A DNA stretch of 63,512 nt, counting the filler. It is 15 parts of 15 records of this genome, joined end to end, with 100 filler letters (N's around TTAATTAATTAA, not from the genome) between each part and the next. Parts side by side here need not be neighbours in the genome. Positions count along the whole stretch, not along the records: positions 10,173 to 13,535 come from SRR7504441_19642; positions 13,636 to 17,596 come from SRR7504441_19647; positions 17,697 to 23,333 come from SRR7504441_19660; 12 more parts are not named here. The stretch is one strand, 5' to 3'. A program made the translations under genes and the position numbers. Below the pieces are notes generated by a model. It was not told the origin of the DNA, did not search any database, and saw nothing but the letters and a program-made list of their open reading frames with translations. This document shows positions 12,047 to 23,433 of the stretch, piece after piece; the first letter of the stretch is position 1, and each line of letters begins with the position of its first letter.

Positions 12047-13270
12047 ATGAAGGTGGTGGGTGCCTCTGCCGAGCTGGTCCAGATCCTCTGGCTCATGAGG
12101 TGGTGGGTGCTGCTGGTGTCGCATGTTCTGTGCGCGCTGGCAGCATACCGAGCGGCCGGAGCATGGACAGCGCCGATTGCCATGATCGCCTTGCAGGCCA
12201 CGCTGCATCGACTTTTGCCCTCACGCTCAGCGATGAAGTTTGCGCTCAGAGACCGCGCAACCAAGCCCTACTATCGCGACGAGGGCGAGGCTGAGCGGTC
12301 CGACGGCTACTGCAGGCACCACATGGAAACCTGCCACCAACTCACCCCGTTCTGCCTGATCGTCCCGTCCAGCCGGGCCTCGGAGACAGCGCTGGTTTGG
12401 GTGCCGGGTCTGGGCCGCTACTTTTCACACACCGGTTGCAATCGAGACTTCAAAGGGGCCGACCTGTGCGGGCTGGACCTGCCCAAGTACGGGCGGGTGC
12501 TGCACTGGGACGGTCTAGACGAGGAGGGCAATGAGATCAACTCGGTGCCAGTCCCCTCCGATGGCAGCAGCCTAGTCTCCTACTACTACCCGGTATACAC
12601 CGGCGCATGTCACGAGCTACTCCGACGGGGCTACACGAGAGTGATCCTAATGGCCAACAGCACGGCTGGGCTCACTCTGCAGTGCTACCTCAACCATGAC
12701 TGTGAAAAGTGCGACAACCTGGCTGGCGTGATCCTCACTTCGCCCTTTTGGTCGCCCAAGCTGCCGGTGCTCAAGCTCGCCCGACCTTGGGTGTTCCGAA
12801 CTCTATCCTGGGTCTTCCCGAAGCTGATGCTGGCGGTCGATCCAAGCGGCGGCCCTGGATGGGTGGAGCCCCTGATAGAGGCTGCGATTGCCTCTGGGCG
12901 CAGAGGTGTCGGGATCGATCCCGAACTGAACCCGGTGGACAACAAGCCGGTGTATGTGGAGTGGGCATGGATGGTGGCGCAGGCGCAGCAACTAATGCGT
13001 GCGGCTAAGCAACTGCCACGCGTAACGGAACGCCTCCACCGCGTGCCTGCGTTGCTGCTGACTACAGATGACCCCGACATGGACCCTCATGTCGATATTG
13101 ACGATGTGCACCGGATATGGGATGGCATTTATGGCGCATCGGCGGACGCGAGTGCCCTTCGTGTGCCAAGAGGCCAGCATGAGATCATGTTGTCCGAGCT
13201 AGCTGCTTACGAGTTTGCGTGCGATGCCATCAATCGCTTCATCGCACGGTGCAATGCCGGAAAGCAATGA
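12047..13270 (+). CDS. Alpha/beta hydrolase (lysophospholipase/S33-like), intronless, N-terminal hydrophobic segment; start uncertain
   Basis: LVWVPGLGRYF, GLDLPKYGR, nucleophile elbow ILMANSTAGL, GVILTSPFW, C-terminal GQHEIMLS. Confidence 0.75.
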   Translation: MKVVGASAELVQILWLMRWWVLLVSHVLCALAAYRAAGAWTAPIAMIALQATLHRLLPSRSAMKFALRDRATKPYYRDEGEAERSDGYCRHHMETCHQLTPFCLIVPSSRASETALVWVPGLGRYFSHTGCNRDFKGADLCGLDLPKYGRVLHWDGLDEEGNEINSVPVPSDGSSLVSYYYPVYTGACHELLRRGYTRVILMANSTAGLTLQCYLNHDCEKCDNLAGVILTSPFWSPKLPVLKLARPWVFRTLSWVFPKLMLAVDPSGGPGWVEPLIEAAIASGRRGVGIDPELNPVDNKPVYVEWAWMVAQAQQLMRAAKQLPRVTERLHRVPALLLTTDDPDMDPHVDIDDVHRIWDGIYGASADASALRVPRGQHEIMLSELAAYEFACDAINRFIARCNAGKQ

Positions 13271-13635
13271 AAGTGCGGATTCATAATCATATCGCTCTAA
13301 GTGGTGCAATAAACCTATCCTGACAGGTTTCTACCTAGCGATGTTTATAAAGAGTTATACTCGTATAATTATACATTGAACATATATCACCACTAAAGCG
13401 ATATTTACACACTCTTAGACACAACAAGTAGAGGGCAATGCCTATATCTGGGCTTATCTCGTGAACTCAAGCCTGAAGCCGCTGCTTCACTTCAGCCAGC
13501 ATCTCCTTTTTGACCCGCAGCTCCCGCTTCAGGTCNNNNNNNNNNNNNNNNNNNNNNNNNNNNNNNNNNNNNNNNNNNNTTAATTAATTAANNNNNNNNN
13601 NNNNNNNNNNNNNNNNNNNNNNNNNNNNNNNNNNN

Positions 13636-13961
13636 GGGATGAGCTTGGCGATCTGCGACCACTGGCCCGGGCCGTGCTCGGCGACGGCCTTCATGACGGC
13701 TTGGTCCTCCTTGGTCGTCCACGGCCCCCGGCAGATGTCCGGGTTGAGCTGGTTGAGCCATCGCTCGCGGCACTGCTTGCCAGTCCGGCCGTCCAGACCG
13801 ATAGAAGCCCACTTGGTGGCGCCCACCTTGCCGACATGGTCGGTGATGGCTCGATCCTCGTCGTCGGTCCAGGTTACCTTCTGCTTGCGGGGCTCCTTGC
13901 GGGGCGACGGGCTCGGCTTGCGGGGCGACTTGGCGGGCTGTCTGCCTGAGCTTCGTGTCAT
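13636..13961 (-). CDS. Myb-domain transcription factor (3' truncated)
   Basis: WTDDEDRAI...GRTGKQCRERWLNQLNPDICRGPWTTKED...WSQIAK. Confidence 0.95.
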
Positions 13962-14040
13962 TGATGCGCCCGCAGTTCGAACGCCCCTCCGTCCGGAATC
14001 GCTGCAAGGTCCGTTGGTCTAGCAGCAGTGGTGAGAAGGC

Positions 14041-15186
14041 ATGTGGCGCACCAACCAGGGCGAGGGGCAAGTCCTACGGCGTGCCGTCGCTACAGGCTAT
14101 GGGATGACGTATGGGTTAGAGAACACGAGCTCGGCAGTCGGCGTTGGCGAGCCGCTCCTCTGCCTCGGGGAGGATTGCGGGACCGGAGTCGAGTGCTACA
14201 AAGTGCGCACCGGCCCAGGGGAGGAGGGGCTGGTGCCCATGCGCGACTTGACCGAGCGAGTCCTGCCCGAGCCTGCGCTGCGGCCAGATCTGGCTAACCC
14301 GGTGATCCTGGCGCTGCTGCTCGGGACGACGCGGCCGGAGTGTGCGCTGGCAAAGCTGAGGGGGCAGCAGCACTTGCTCGAGCACATCCTCGGGCTGGTC
14401 TACCAGGCCTGGGCCGGGATGGTCAGCTGGGAGCACCAGGCCGTGTACAAGGTGGCCGACGTCGCGTTCCCACCGGCCGAGGGCATCTCGGTGAACATGA
14501 TGCCCTTCAGGCTGCACGATCCGGACAGCCTCCCCGAGCACTGCCGGCAGTATCTGCCGTTGATCAAGGCGTGCAGCCCGTTGGCCTCCAGCGACGGAGC
14601 AATCGCTTACCTCACAGTGGACGAAGGCCAAGTGGAGCAGGGCGCGTCGCAGCGGCGGCCGGGCGTGCACACGGATAAGAGTGTGCTCTGCAAGTCGGGC
14701 GGATGCAAAGAGCGTAACACGTACTGGACACATGCGTGGGGGATGGGCCGGGTGACCAAGGGCATGTTCGAGGGCGGGATCTTCATGGCGTCTACCGTGA
14801 GCAATTCGTGCCAAGTGTGGGACTGCCAAGTGCCCCAGCCGGGCCTTCTGGGGGATGTTGAGTTCCTCAAGCAACAGCTCGGTGAGCCGATCCCGCTCCA
14901 GCAGAACGAGCTGTTCTGGATAACGGACGAGACGCCGCACGAGTCACTCCCGCTCGCCCGCAGCGAGACTCGTCAGTTCTTTAGGCTGGTGGTCGGGGAG
15001 ATCGGCGCATGGTTTTCAAAGCATTCGGATGCCAACCCGCTGGGGGTGCTACCACCGGAGGGCACACAGATTATTGACGAGGACAAATTTGAGATGTGCC
15101 ACGACGAGCTCGAGGGCATCTACACCGCCAATCGGGTCGAGGCCGCTTGGCAGAGCGAACACGAGCTGAGCGCGAGTGATTATTGA
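14041..15186 (+). CDS. Putative Fe(II)/2OG-type DSBH protein with small SH3-like N-terminal region, intronless
   Basis: AYLTVDE, QRRPGVHTD (HxD), GGIFMAS, TDETPHESLP (distal H), RQFFRLV (R). Confidence 0.6.
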   Translation: MWRTNQGEGQVLRRAVATGYGMTYGLENTSSAVGVGEPLLCLGEDCGTGVECYKVRTGPGEEGLVPMRDLTERVLPEPALRPDLANPVILALLLGTTRPECALAKLRGQQHLLEHILGLVYQAWAGMVSWEHQAVYKVADVAFPPAEGISVNMMPFRLHDPDSLPEHCRQYLPLIKACSPLASSDGAIAYLTVDEGQVEQGASQRRPGVHTDKSVLCKSGGCKERNTYWTHAWGMGRVTKGMFEGGIFMASTVSNSCQVWDCQVPQPGLLGDVEFLKQQLGEPIPLQQNELFWITDETPHESLPLARSETRQFFRLVVGEIGAWFSKHSDANPLGVLPPEGTQIIDEDKFEMCHDELEGIYTANRVEAAWQSEHELSASDY

Positions 15187-15422
15187 AAGGTGGCCAATCA
15201 CCGCCAATGCAATCTTCATCTGTTTCGGGTATCTTTATATCTTTCGAAGGGATTCATACAAGTTTAGTAGTGTATATTAAAACACAATTTATTTTGAGAA
15301 GAATCCGGAGCTTTTGCGGAATTGACCGAATTGTCGGAGCAGACATCTCAGCCTGAGCTCAGCACCCGCTCACCTCAAAATCGGACTGGTGCACAAGTTG
15401 TGAAGTACGAAGTACGAATTCG

Positions 15423-17281
15423 ATGCGACAGCCGCTGCGGGGCCGTGGATTCGGCTCCAGCCAGAGCACCGGGCGGGGCGGGTTCGAGGCGCACGCCAAC
15501 AGCCCGGCCGCGCCGCGCACCTACGCCCCCGACTACGACCCGGCCCAGCCGCAGCGCAGCCGGCTGACCTCGCCGGCGATCGTGCAGACCAACCTCACCT
15601 CGGCAGACAATCCGCTCCGGATCGCCCAGGCCGACTGGAACCTCCAGCTGCTTCAGGAGATCGACAGGCTCCAAACCCAGCTCAACCACAAGTCCAGCCC
15701 TGCCAGCCCCGAGCCCAGCCCGCCCCCGGTCGCGCCCAGCCCGCCGGAGTCCGGGCCAGTCCTGGGGAGCTGGGAGACTATCACCGCCGCAATGTACCGC
15801 GAGGTAGCCGGCCGGCCACCCGAGCAGCTCCGGGCCGATTGGGCCCGACTGGCTGAACAACTCCGGCCGGCGCCGCCAAAGCCGGGGCGAGCCTTCCTCA
15901 AGGCGCACGGGGGGGGCTACACCCGGGTGGCGGAGCCGGCAGTCCGGGCTGCCAGTGCGCCGCGGCTCCGACCTCGCAAGGCGCGGGCTGCAGCGCCGCG
16001 GCCGAAGCGCAAGCGGCGAACGCGCCCGGCGGCCATGCCGGCTGTGGGCGGCGACGACGTCGGGCTGCTTCGTGCTGAGGTCGCCTGGCTGAGGAGCAAG
16101 CTGTCTGAAGCATACCGACTGATAGGGCAAGCTAACGCCGCCCGGCCCGGCTGTGTCCAGTGGCCCGAGTCGCCTCTCGAGGCCTCGTATGAGACACTCA
16201 CAAAGCAACCGAGCTCTGATCCGAAGCCTCGAGAGGCGACTCGCAGGCCGGCCAGACCCGAGCCTGTGGTCACTCGCAGGCCTGCCCAGCCGCCCAGAAG
16301 CCCAAAGACTGCCAGTGCGGCCAGCCATCCCCTAGCAGCACAGAGCGTGAATCTGCAGCGGGCAACGAGCAACGCAACGGTGCAGACAGAGCCGGATGAG
16401 CCACAAGTAATGCACATCTCGTCCGTCCAGGTGCAGACAGAACGACCAGAGCGGTCGCCCAGCTGGGAGGGCCGGAGTGCCAAACAACCGCCGGCGAGTT
16501 TGATCGAGTCATCCGCACAGACTCAACCGCCACCGCTGCCGCCGCTGCCATTGCCGCCGGCGCTAGATCAGTTGTGTGGGCTCGATGGATGGGGCGTGGG
16601 TTCTAGTCCCGCGCCCGCTATCTGCCTCCGGCTCGAGGAGCCGACGCCGCAGGCCAGGCGGCACCGGCTGGACTTTTCTGCAGAACTGCGGCGACAGATA
16701 GCCGTTGTGGCCGGAGATGGCACCCGTGCACGGAGCAGCTCCGAGCACGTGTCTCCGCCTACGAGCCCCGACCGCAGGCCCAGGAGCAACTCCAGCCCTG
16801 AGAGGCCAACGGACCTCGAATCCAGCCCGGTGCGGCTGGTACAGCTCCGCTCTAGACTGGGGGGTCAGGAGCATGGTGGCGCGATTGACTTTGGGCTTCG
16901 GATTGCCGCGTCGTCGCTGCACGAGTGCCAGGCGTATATTGATGCCGGTGGCGACCTGAATGCTCGCGACTCGCTGCAGGGTGAGACTGCTGGCCGAGTG
17001 GTCTCGAGGCGGGGCCAGGGTTCAGCCTGTTGCACTACGCAGCCAAGTGGGATCGGGACGACGTGATCGGGCTGCTTTTAGAGCAAAATGCCTCCACGAG
17101 CATCACTGACTCAGAAGGTGGCCTCTGCGGCGCTAGGCGGGCTGACCGGGATGTGCGTGCGAATCAGGCCGGACTGCGTTGCAGGTTGCCAGGTGAGTGC
17201 TGTTTACTGTTGATGTAAGACTGATGCTGTGCATGTCGCAGGGATTACTCGTCGCTTAAGGCCGTCGAAGCACTGTCATGA
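15423..17281 (+). CDS. Low-complexity protein with C-terminal ankyrin repeats, 3 introns
   Basis: Spliced C-terminus GGDLNARDSLQG|FSLLHYAAKWDRDDVIGLLLEQNASTSITDSEG|RTALQVAR|DYSS. Confidence 0.75.
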
Positions 17282-17696
17282 ATTTTTAAGCTAATAATCT
17301 GCACTCTAAATAGTTATTTTAACTCCTAGGATTACGACCATAAGGCCATTTTTCAATTGCAACTGTGTACGCATACGTAAAATCACAGTACAATCATATA
17401 CCGTACAATCATATTACATGACTAAGTACTAGTTACCCTAGATTCATGACGAGCATGATTGTAACAAAGCGTCTACATGACTTGTATTCAGTTAAATCTC
17501 TTAGCTCAATGTACGACATTAGTTGATGCGAGAATTATCAAGAGAAACGTGTGCACTCATGTTGTATCGAATCTGGTTCTGAGTCGAAATTCTGGTNNNN
17601 NNNNNNNNNNNNNNNNNNNNNNNNNNNNNNNNNNNNNNNNTTAATTAATTAANNNNNNNNNNNNNNNNNNNNNNNNNNNNNNNNNNNNNNNNNNNN

Positions 17697-18415
17697 GAGT
17701 GTGTGCCTCCCCAGCAGCCCGTCGGATATCCTTACGAAGCCACACAGCGCTCAAGTCAACCGCAGCCAGCTGTGGCTAGTACAGGCCCAACAATGACAGC
17801 CACGCAGCCGTTCGCGACGCATGTAGCAGCCCCAGCTGAAGCGGCCCTGTCCAGCACAAGTGGCCCCTCCACATGGCCGGCCTCCGGATACTTCAGCGGC
17901 CAACCGCTGATCCCAGAGCCCAAAGCAGCCGCAACGCTCGGAGCTGGGCTCCCACCCAGCTTAGCCCGACAGCTCAACCAGCTAGATTCGCCGGTCAGCA
18001 GCAGGCAGCCGGCTGAGATGGTTGAGTTAGCCGTAGCAGTGGAGCAGTTGGCGAGCGTGCTGTCAGAGGCTGGGTTTACACAACCGCAGCCCGTAGGAAA
18101 CAGCCCAGCAAATCTGAGAGCGACAGTGGAGCGGTGCATCCCGGCTGTGCGTGAGATGGCCGGCGAGTCTGGGGTGTGCTTGCCTAAGAATCTGCTCAGC
18201 CCAATCAATGCGGGCTGATGAGTATGGATTCATTTGACTTTGCCTCGTTCAACAGTATGGGGCAGGAGGAGGACAGTGATGGGGGTGAAGCTTCTGAACC
18301 GAGCGAGGCTCATGAGAAGGAGATTGATGATGGAATTCCTTATCATGACAGTTGTGAGGATTCTGATGACTCACAGGACATAGGAGAGGAAGTGATAGAC
18401 GGCGACAATGATTGA
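17697..18415 (+). CDS. 3' part of a hypothetical low-complexity gene; structure unresolved
   Basis: Open frames 17703-18218 and 18218-18415 (acidic), followed by AT-rich intergenic DNA. Confidence 0.35.
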
Positions 18416-18816
18416 GACACGAGGCCATTATTAAAATTGCATTGACGACATGATAACTAAAATAATCACCGGTACGTAGTCCGGTACCTAGGTACAGTGT
18501 AGGCAATACCTCGGCAAAGTTCATACTTCATAGACATACATAGACAGAGATCTTCTTGAAAAGAAAACATGATTACACAGTATCAGTCGGTGATTGATAT
18601 CAGTTGGCCGTTCATTAGCCATTAATTATTACATGTATGCACGTACGTACTCGAAAAGATTGTGCAATGATGTACGGGCATTGTCTTAGGCATGACATTG
18701 TCTGCAATGATAGCCGGCGATGAGCTTGTGCGTCATTATCGTATGTCGTTGCTCACCACATGTACGGAGTAGCTCATGAACCTCAAGTCTTCACCAAGGG
18801 GCTTGCTTGGAGCCAA

Positions 18817-19883
18817 TCATAGCTGCTCCAAAGTGGTGACCAGCTCGGCAACCATTTCGTCTTTCTCATTCGCCATCATCACGTTCACCTCAACCATCGG
18901 CCCAAGCACGCTGTCCACCGCTCACAGCCGACCGAGCCGCCGGCCCACCTCGTCACTTGGGACTCTAGCTTGTACACTGTGCCTTCTACCACCAGACCGG
19001 TCAGCCTGAAAGTCTCTGTGCGCAGCGTGTGCACGGGAGCTGCCTTGAGCTTACAGGCCTCCGCTGGCCACACAAGTCAGACCCAGTTCAGCCCATGCCT
19101 AGCACCAGCAGTACAGGCAAGCACGGTCGAGATCGCCCGGGCCTCAACGCGCCCGGCCAGCTCGCCCATCCCCACCTGCCCACAGCTGCTGGACCTCCAG
19201 CTGGCAGCCTGACCTGACTGCCAACACCGGCCGCCGACCCAAAGCTAACTGCCCCGAGCACTCTGCCCGCCCAGCTCAGCGACAGCACAGCCCGGGGCCG
19301 CACTTGAACGAGAGCGAGTCGTAAAACAGCCGGCTGTCCACCCCTTTTGCCAACGCGACGTCCGAGCCGATCCGCCAGTTTTCATTCATTCGGGTCACAG
19401 CAGCGGTGTTGTCCACTGAGGCGTGGCCCTCGAACGGAATCAGGTGTGCCGCTGATTGCAGCTGCACCAGCCACGCGTCGCCGCTCGGGATGAGGGTGGC
19501 GGCCGCAGAGCGAGACGGCTGGCCTGCGGCCTGAACGGCCATCGCGTATTCGGACGGGGTCTGCTTGCGTCTGGACGGCGCCGGTGCCGACTCCAACACC
19601 GACGATTTGGCCTGCTGCGCCGGTGGCGGTGGCTGGTTGGTGACTCCGGACGACCACGGGCTGAGCAGCGGCTTGAGCAGGCCGCCGCTCCGGAAGAACA
19701 GAGTAAGTTCGTCCGGAGTCCACTTGATGCAGTCTTCGGGGAGCACCAGGGCCCGGCTGGCCGGGTACTCCTGCCGGAGCCGGGCAATCAGCTCGTGCGC
19801 CTCGTCCTGCGCCTGCAGAGCGAGCCTCACGACCTACCAAGCAGCAAAGCACGCACCATGGATGTGGGCTGCATCTCAACCAT
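18817..19883 (-). CDS. Hypothetical protein, possibly with a C-terminal hotdog/thioesterase-like region; several introns
   Basis: MVEMQPTSM|AQDEAHEL...WTPDELTLFFRSGG...SRLFYDSLSFK|VLGAVSFG...MVAELVTTLEQL*. Internal exons only partly resolved. Confidence 0.5.
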
Positions 19884-19924
19884 TTGTTGCAAATCGTTCA
19901 GTTTGGTTTGAAAAATTTGCACAG

Positions 19925-22062
19925 ATGGCATCCGCCTCACCCTCCTGCGTTGCTCACAGGATGGCGCTGGACGATCAGGCGCTCGACGATCTGTGGGGCG
20001 CCGCGTTCGACGACCAAGAGGCCGATCCGGCCAGCCAGCCTGCGCACAGCTCGCCCGCCCTCCGCTCCCCGCTCCAACACGGGATCAACTCTCTACGCAA
20101 GCAGGTGGCGGACGGCGCGGCCGAGCCCTGGGTGCAAGAGGTGGCTACCGTACGCACCCCGGACCTGCGCACCCCGCTCCGCTCGGGGATCAACCGAATC
20201 CGGTCCAAGATCAGTGACCAGAGCCCGTTCCAGCCTGTAGCGCTCAGCGAAACTGGCGAGCTGCAGAGGCAGAACACCGAACTTTGCTCTAAGCTGGAGC
20301 AGGCCAACGCGTGCATGGCCGAGGCGGCCCGACGGTTTGATGAGGAGTCCCAGCAGGCGCAAGCAACCACCGGCGAGCTGCAAGAGCAGAATATCGAGAT
20401 GGCCGCAAGGCTTCAAGCCGAGCAGCAGAGCGCCCTGGCGGCTCGCGAGGCGATGGAGCTGAAGCTCAGAGCCGAGCAGCAGAGCGCGGTGGCGGCCCGC
20501 GAAGCGATGGAGCTGAAGCTGCACGCTGAGCAGCAGAGCGCGGTGGCGGCTCGCGAAGCGATGGAGCTTGCTCTAAGCGAGAAGTCTGGTCTGGCGGCTA
20601 GGCTGGGCCAATTAGAGACCGAGCTTGCTGAGCTGGAGACCGAGCTGATGCGGAACAGGGAGAGCGACTGCCAGGCCCAATCCGGACTGGAACAGCGTAA
20701 CGCGGAGCTGGAGGCGCGGATGGGAGAGATGGCCTCTGTGGCCGAGCATACTGCTGTGTACGTCCAGGCGCTCCAGAAGGAACTCGAGAACAAAAAAGCC
20801 GAGTTTTTGGGCCAAGTTGCCGAGCTGGTCCAGAAGCGGGAGCAGGACAGCCAGCAGCTCAAGCTGATGAGCCAGGCGCAGGACCAGCTCCAGCTCAAGA
20901 ACTCAGAGTTGGCTCAGCAGCTCGCTTCAACGCTAGCCGTCCTCGAGAGCGGACCAAGCAGCGCCGAGCTGACCGAGCAGCTCCGTGCGGCCGAGGCGCA
21001 GACCGCCGAGCTGGAGCGGAGCCGGCAGCAGGCGTTGGAGGACGCGCGGGTGCTTCAGCAGTCCAACGGGCAGCTCCGAAGGACCAACGCTTCGCTCGAA
21101 GCTGAGGTTCAGATGCACTGCCTGGCGCCGTCGCTTAAGAACGAGTAAGCCGGCCAGGGCTGGTCGGGGGCTAAAGTGAGGGCAGGCACGGACTGGAGCT
21201 GGACGTTGAAAGCTTCCTTGATCAGGCAGAGAGCGGATTCGGGGCTTGGTGCGCTATTAGCTGGTCGGGTAGTGACACGGGCGGGACAGCTACAGCCAGA
21301 TGCTGCTGGCGAATGGGTTTGAGAGCGTTCGGCTGCTGGTGCACGCAGACAGGGAGGATCTCAAGCAATGTGGAGTCAAGGTGACCCACGGCTAGGCGTG
21401 GCTTGAAACGGTGCTCAGATCGGGCATGCGGCGGTCATCATGGATCACATCCAAGCAGCAATCTCAGCTGACAGCCAGCCCAAGCCTGTCACCGCACAGG
21501 CCATCCGCAGCATCGAAGTCACGCTCGGCTGGATCAGCCTGAGCACTCGACTCGAGCGGCGCGAGAGCCGAAGAGTGCTTTCTCGACAGTTTCGGGTGAT
21601 GCAAGCTAGCTCAGCCGCGGCTCCGACCCGCAAGCCGGCCCACGCGAGCAGGAAGCCGCCGGCACCGGTGCAACCATCGCTCTGTCCGCTTTTCTGAGCC
21701 TCTGGTCAGGTCAAACCGGCGAGTACCAGCCACCGAGCACGTGTGGCTAAGGAGAGCACGGCTCCCTCCGCGACTGCTAGGTCAAAGCTCGAGTACCAGT
21801 CTCCGGACAACTACTATGATAAAGCGATGCATCGAATGGACCGAAGAGTTCCAGTGAGCAAAGCAACACAAGGAAAGCAGGTCAGCCCTATTTGCTCCAC
21901 AGGTTGGGCTCACTGCTTGTGATGGTTCAGGCGTTGCAAGAGCGTAATCGTAACGCTGCGCTAAAGCCAGGTGGCAAGCGGAGCAATAGCGTCGGACCAA
22001 GGCGACCAGAAGTGGCTGTCCGGCCACGAACTGCTAGTGCTGTCGCTAGGGCGCGAAAGTAG
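19925..22062 (+). CDS. Coiled-coil protein with SAM domain, ~5 introns
   Basis: Long E/Q/L/A heptad region, then spliced YSQMLLANGFESVRLLVHADREDLKQCGVK|IGHAAVIMDHI. Confidence 0.75.
20417..20569 (+). repeat. 54-nt coding tandem repeat, about 3 copies (AEQQSAVAAREAMELKLx)
   Basis: Near-identical units start at 20417, 20471 and 20525. Confidence 0.9.
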
Positions 22063-22448
22063 CACAATCAAGTCTCATCACACCGACAAGATGTGGCCAA
22101 TGTGCACGAATGCAAAGATTCCCGCGATTATGCTCAAGGACATACTTCTACTTACTTCATAGTACATCATTAGTCCACGAGTAAATACTAAGGAGCTTGC
22201 GAGTATATTAAAATGCGAATTCGATCATGTTCTACAGTGTACTTACAGTGTACTACATGTAGTATCAATTTAGTATCAATTTGCATCGTTGCATGTACAT
22301 AGCATGTACATTGCATGTACGTTGCATGTGTTGTAGATCTACATAGTGCGCTTTGTCGGTTCTGTGCAGTACAAGTACACTAAGTACACGTCCGTTGCTC
22401 GTAACTGTCAGTGAGGCGTGGGCCGGCGGGTGGGGCAGCTGTTGAGGC

Positions 22449-23168
22449 ATGGGTTGCGACGTGTCTTGCGAGGGCGATGATCAAGATGTAACGGCTATAG
22501 ACCTTGACGACAGAGAAATCATCGCTGCGGCCACAGACGGCCGCAACGACCAGCTTGCCGCCATGCTTGATATTGATACACCCGCGGTGCTGGCGGCCAG
22601 AGCTCCGGATGGGAGTACGGCGCTGCACGAGGCGGCTGGGGCTGGGCAACAAGAGGCAGTGTACCTGCTGATCGGGGCCAATGCTGACCTGGATTGTCAG
22701 AACGAAGTGAGTGAGTAGTGGCGGCCTGGAGGCCTAACAGCTTGCTGCGCGGCAGAAGGGGAGCGCTCCGCTGCACTGGGCGGTAGCGCAGGGACACACT
22801 ACGGTGGCTAAGATGCTGCTCGACGCTAAGGCCGACTCTGAAATTAAAGCCCAGGCAATTCCCGCTAGGTAGGTCGAATGCTTATCACCTCTGGCGGTGC
22901 ACAGGACGGCACCACGGCGCTGCAGCTGGCACAGCAGAGGGAACTGGCGGATTCCGTCGGTGAAGGGAGTCCCAAACACGCGGGTCGGGTTACGATGACC
23001 GAAATGCTGTTGCGAGCCGAGCACCAAAGCAGCCTTCTCGCATTACGTACGGCAAGTAGCACTGATAGTGCTCAATTCGCAAGTGCGCATGACATTGCGC
23101 AAGCGGGTGAGAGCAGCCCGAGGAGCCCAACGAACTTACGACGAGGTGGGTCTAAATTAGATCCCTAG
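22449..23168 (+). CDS. Ankyrin-repeat protein, 2 introns (second is GC-AG, 22855-22904)
   Basis: DGSTALHEAA, KGSAPLHWAV, DGTTALQLA. Confidence 0.85.
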
Positions 23169-23433
23169 TAGCAAGTAGACTTCAAAACAGAGGTTGATTC
23201 TGCCGCGCGCAGCGCGGCTTTTAGAAAACTTTCTAAAAACTTTCGGGGCTCATCACAGTCGGTGGTCTTAATGTAAAAATATTAGTACAAGTATAATAAG
23301 TATAATAGCTCGTTGTTTCTAGAAAAGCATAGCNNNNNNNNNNNNNNNNNNNNNNNNNNNNNNNNNNNNNNNNNNNNTTAATTAATTAANNNNNNNNNNN
23401 NNNNNNNNNNNNNNNNNNNNNNNNNNNNNNNNN

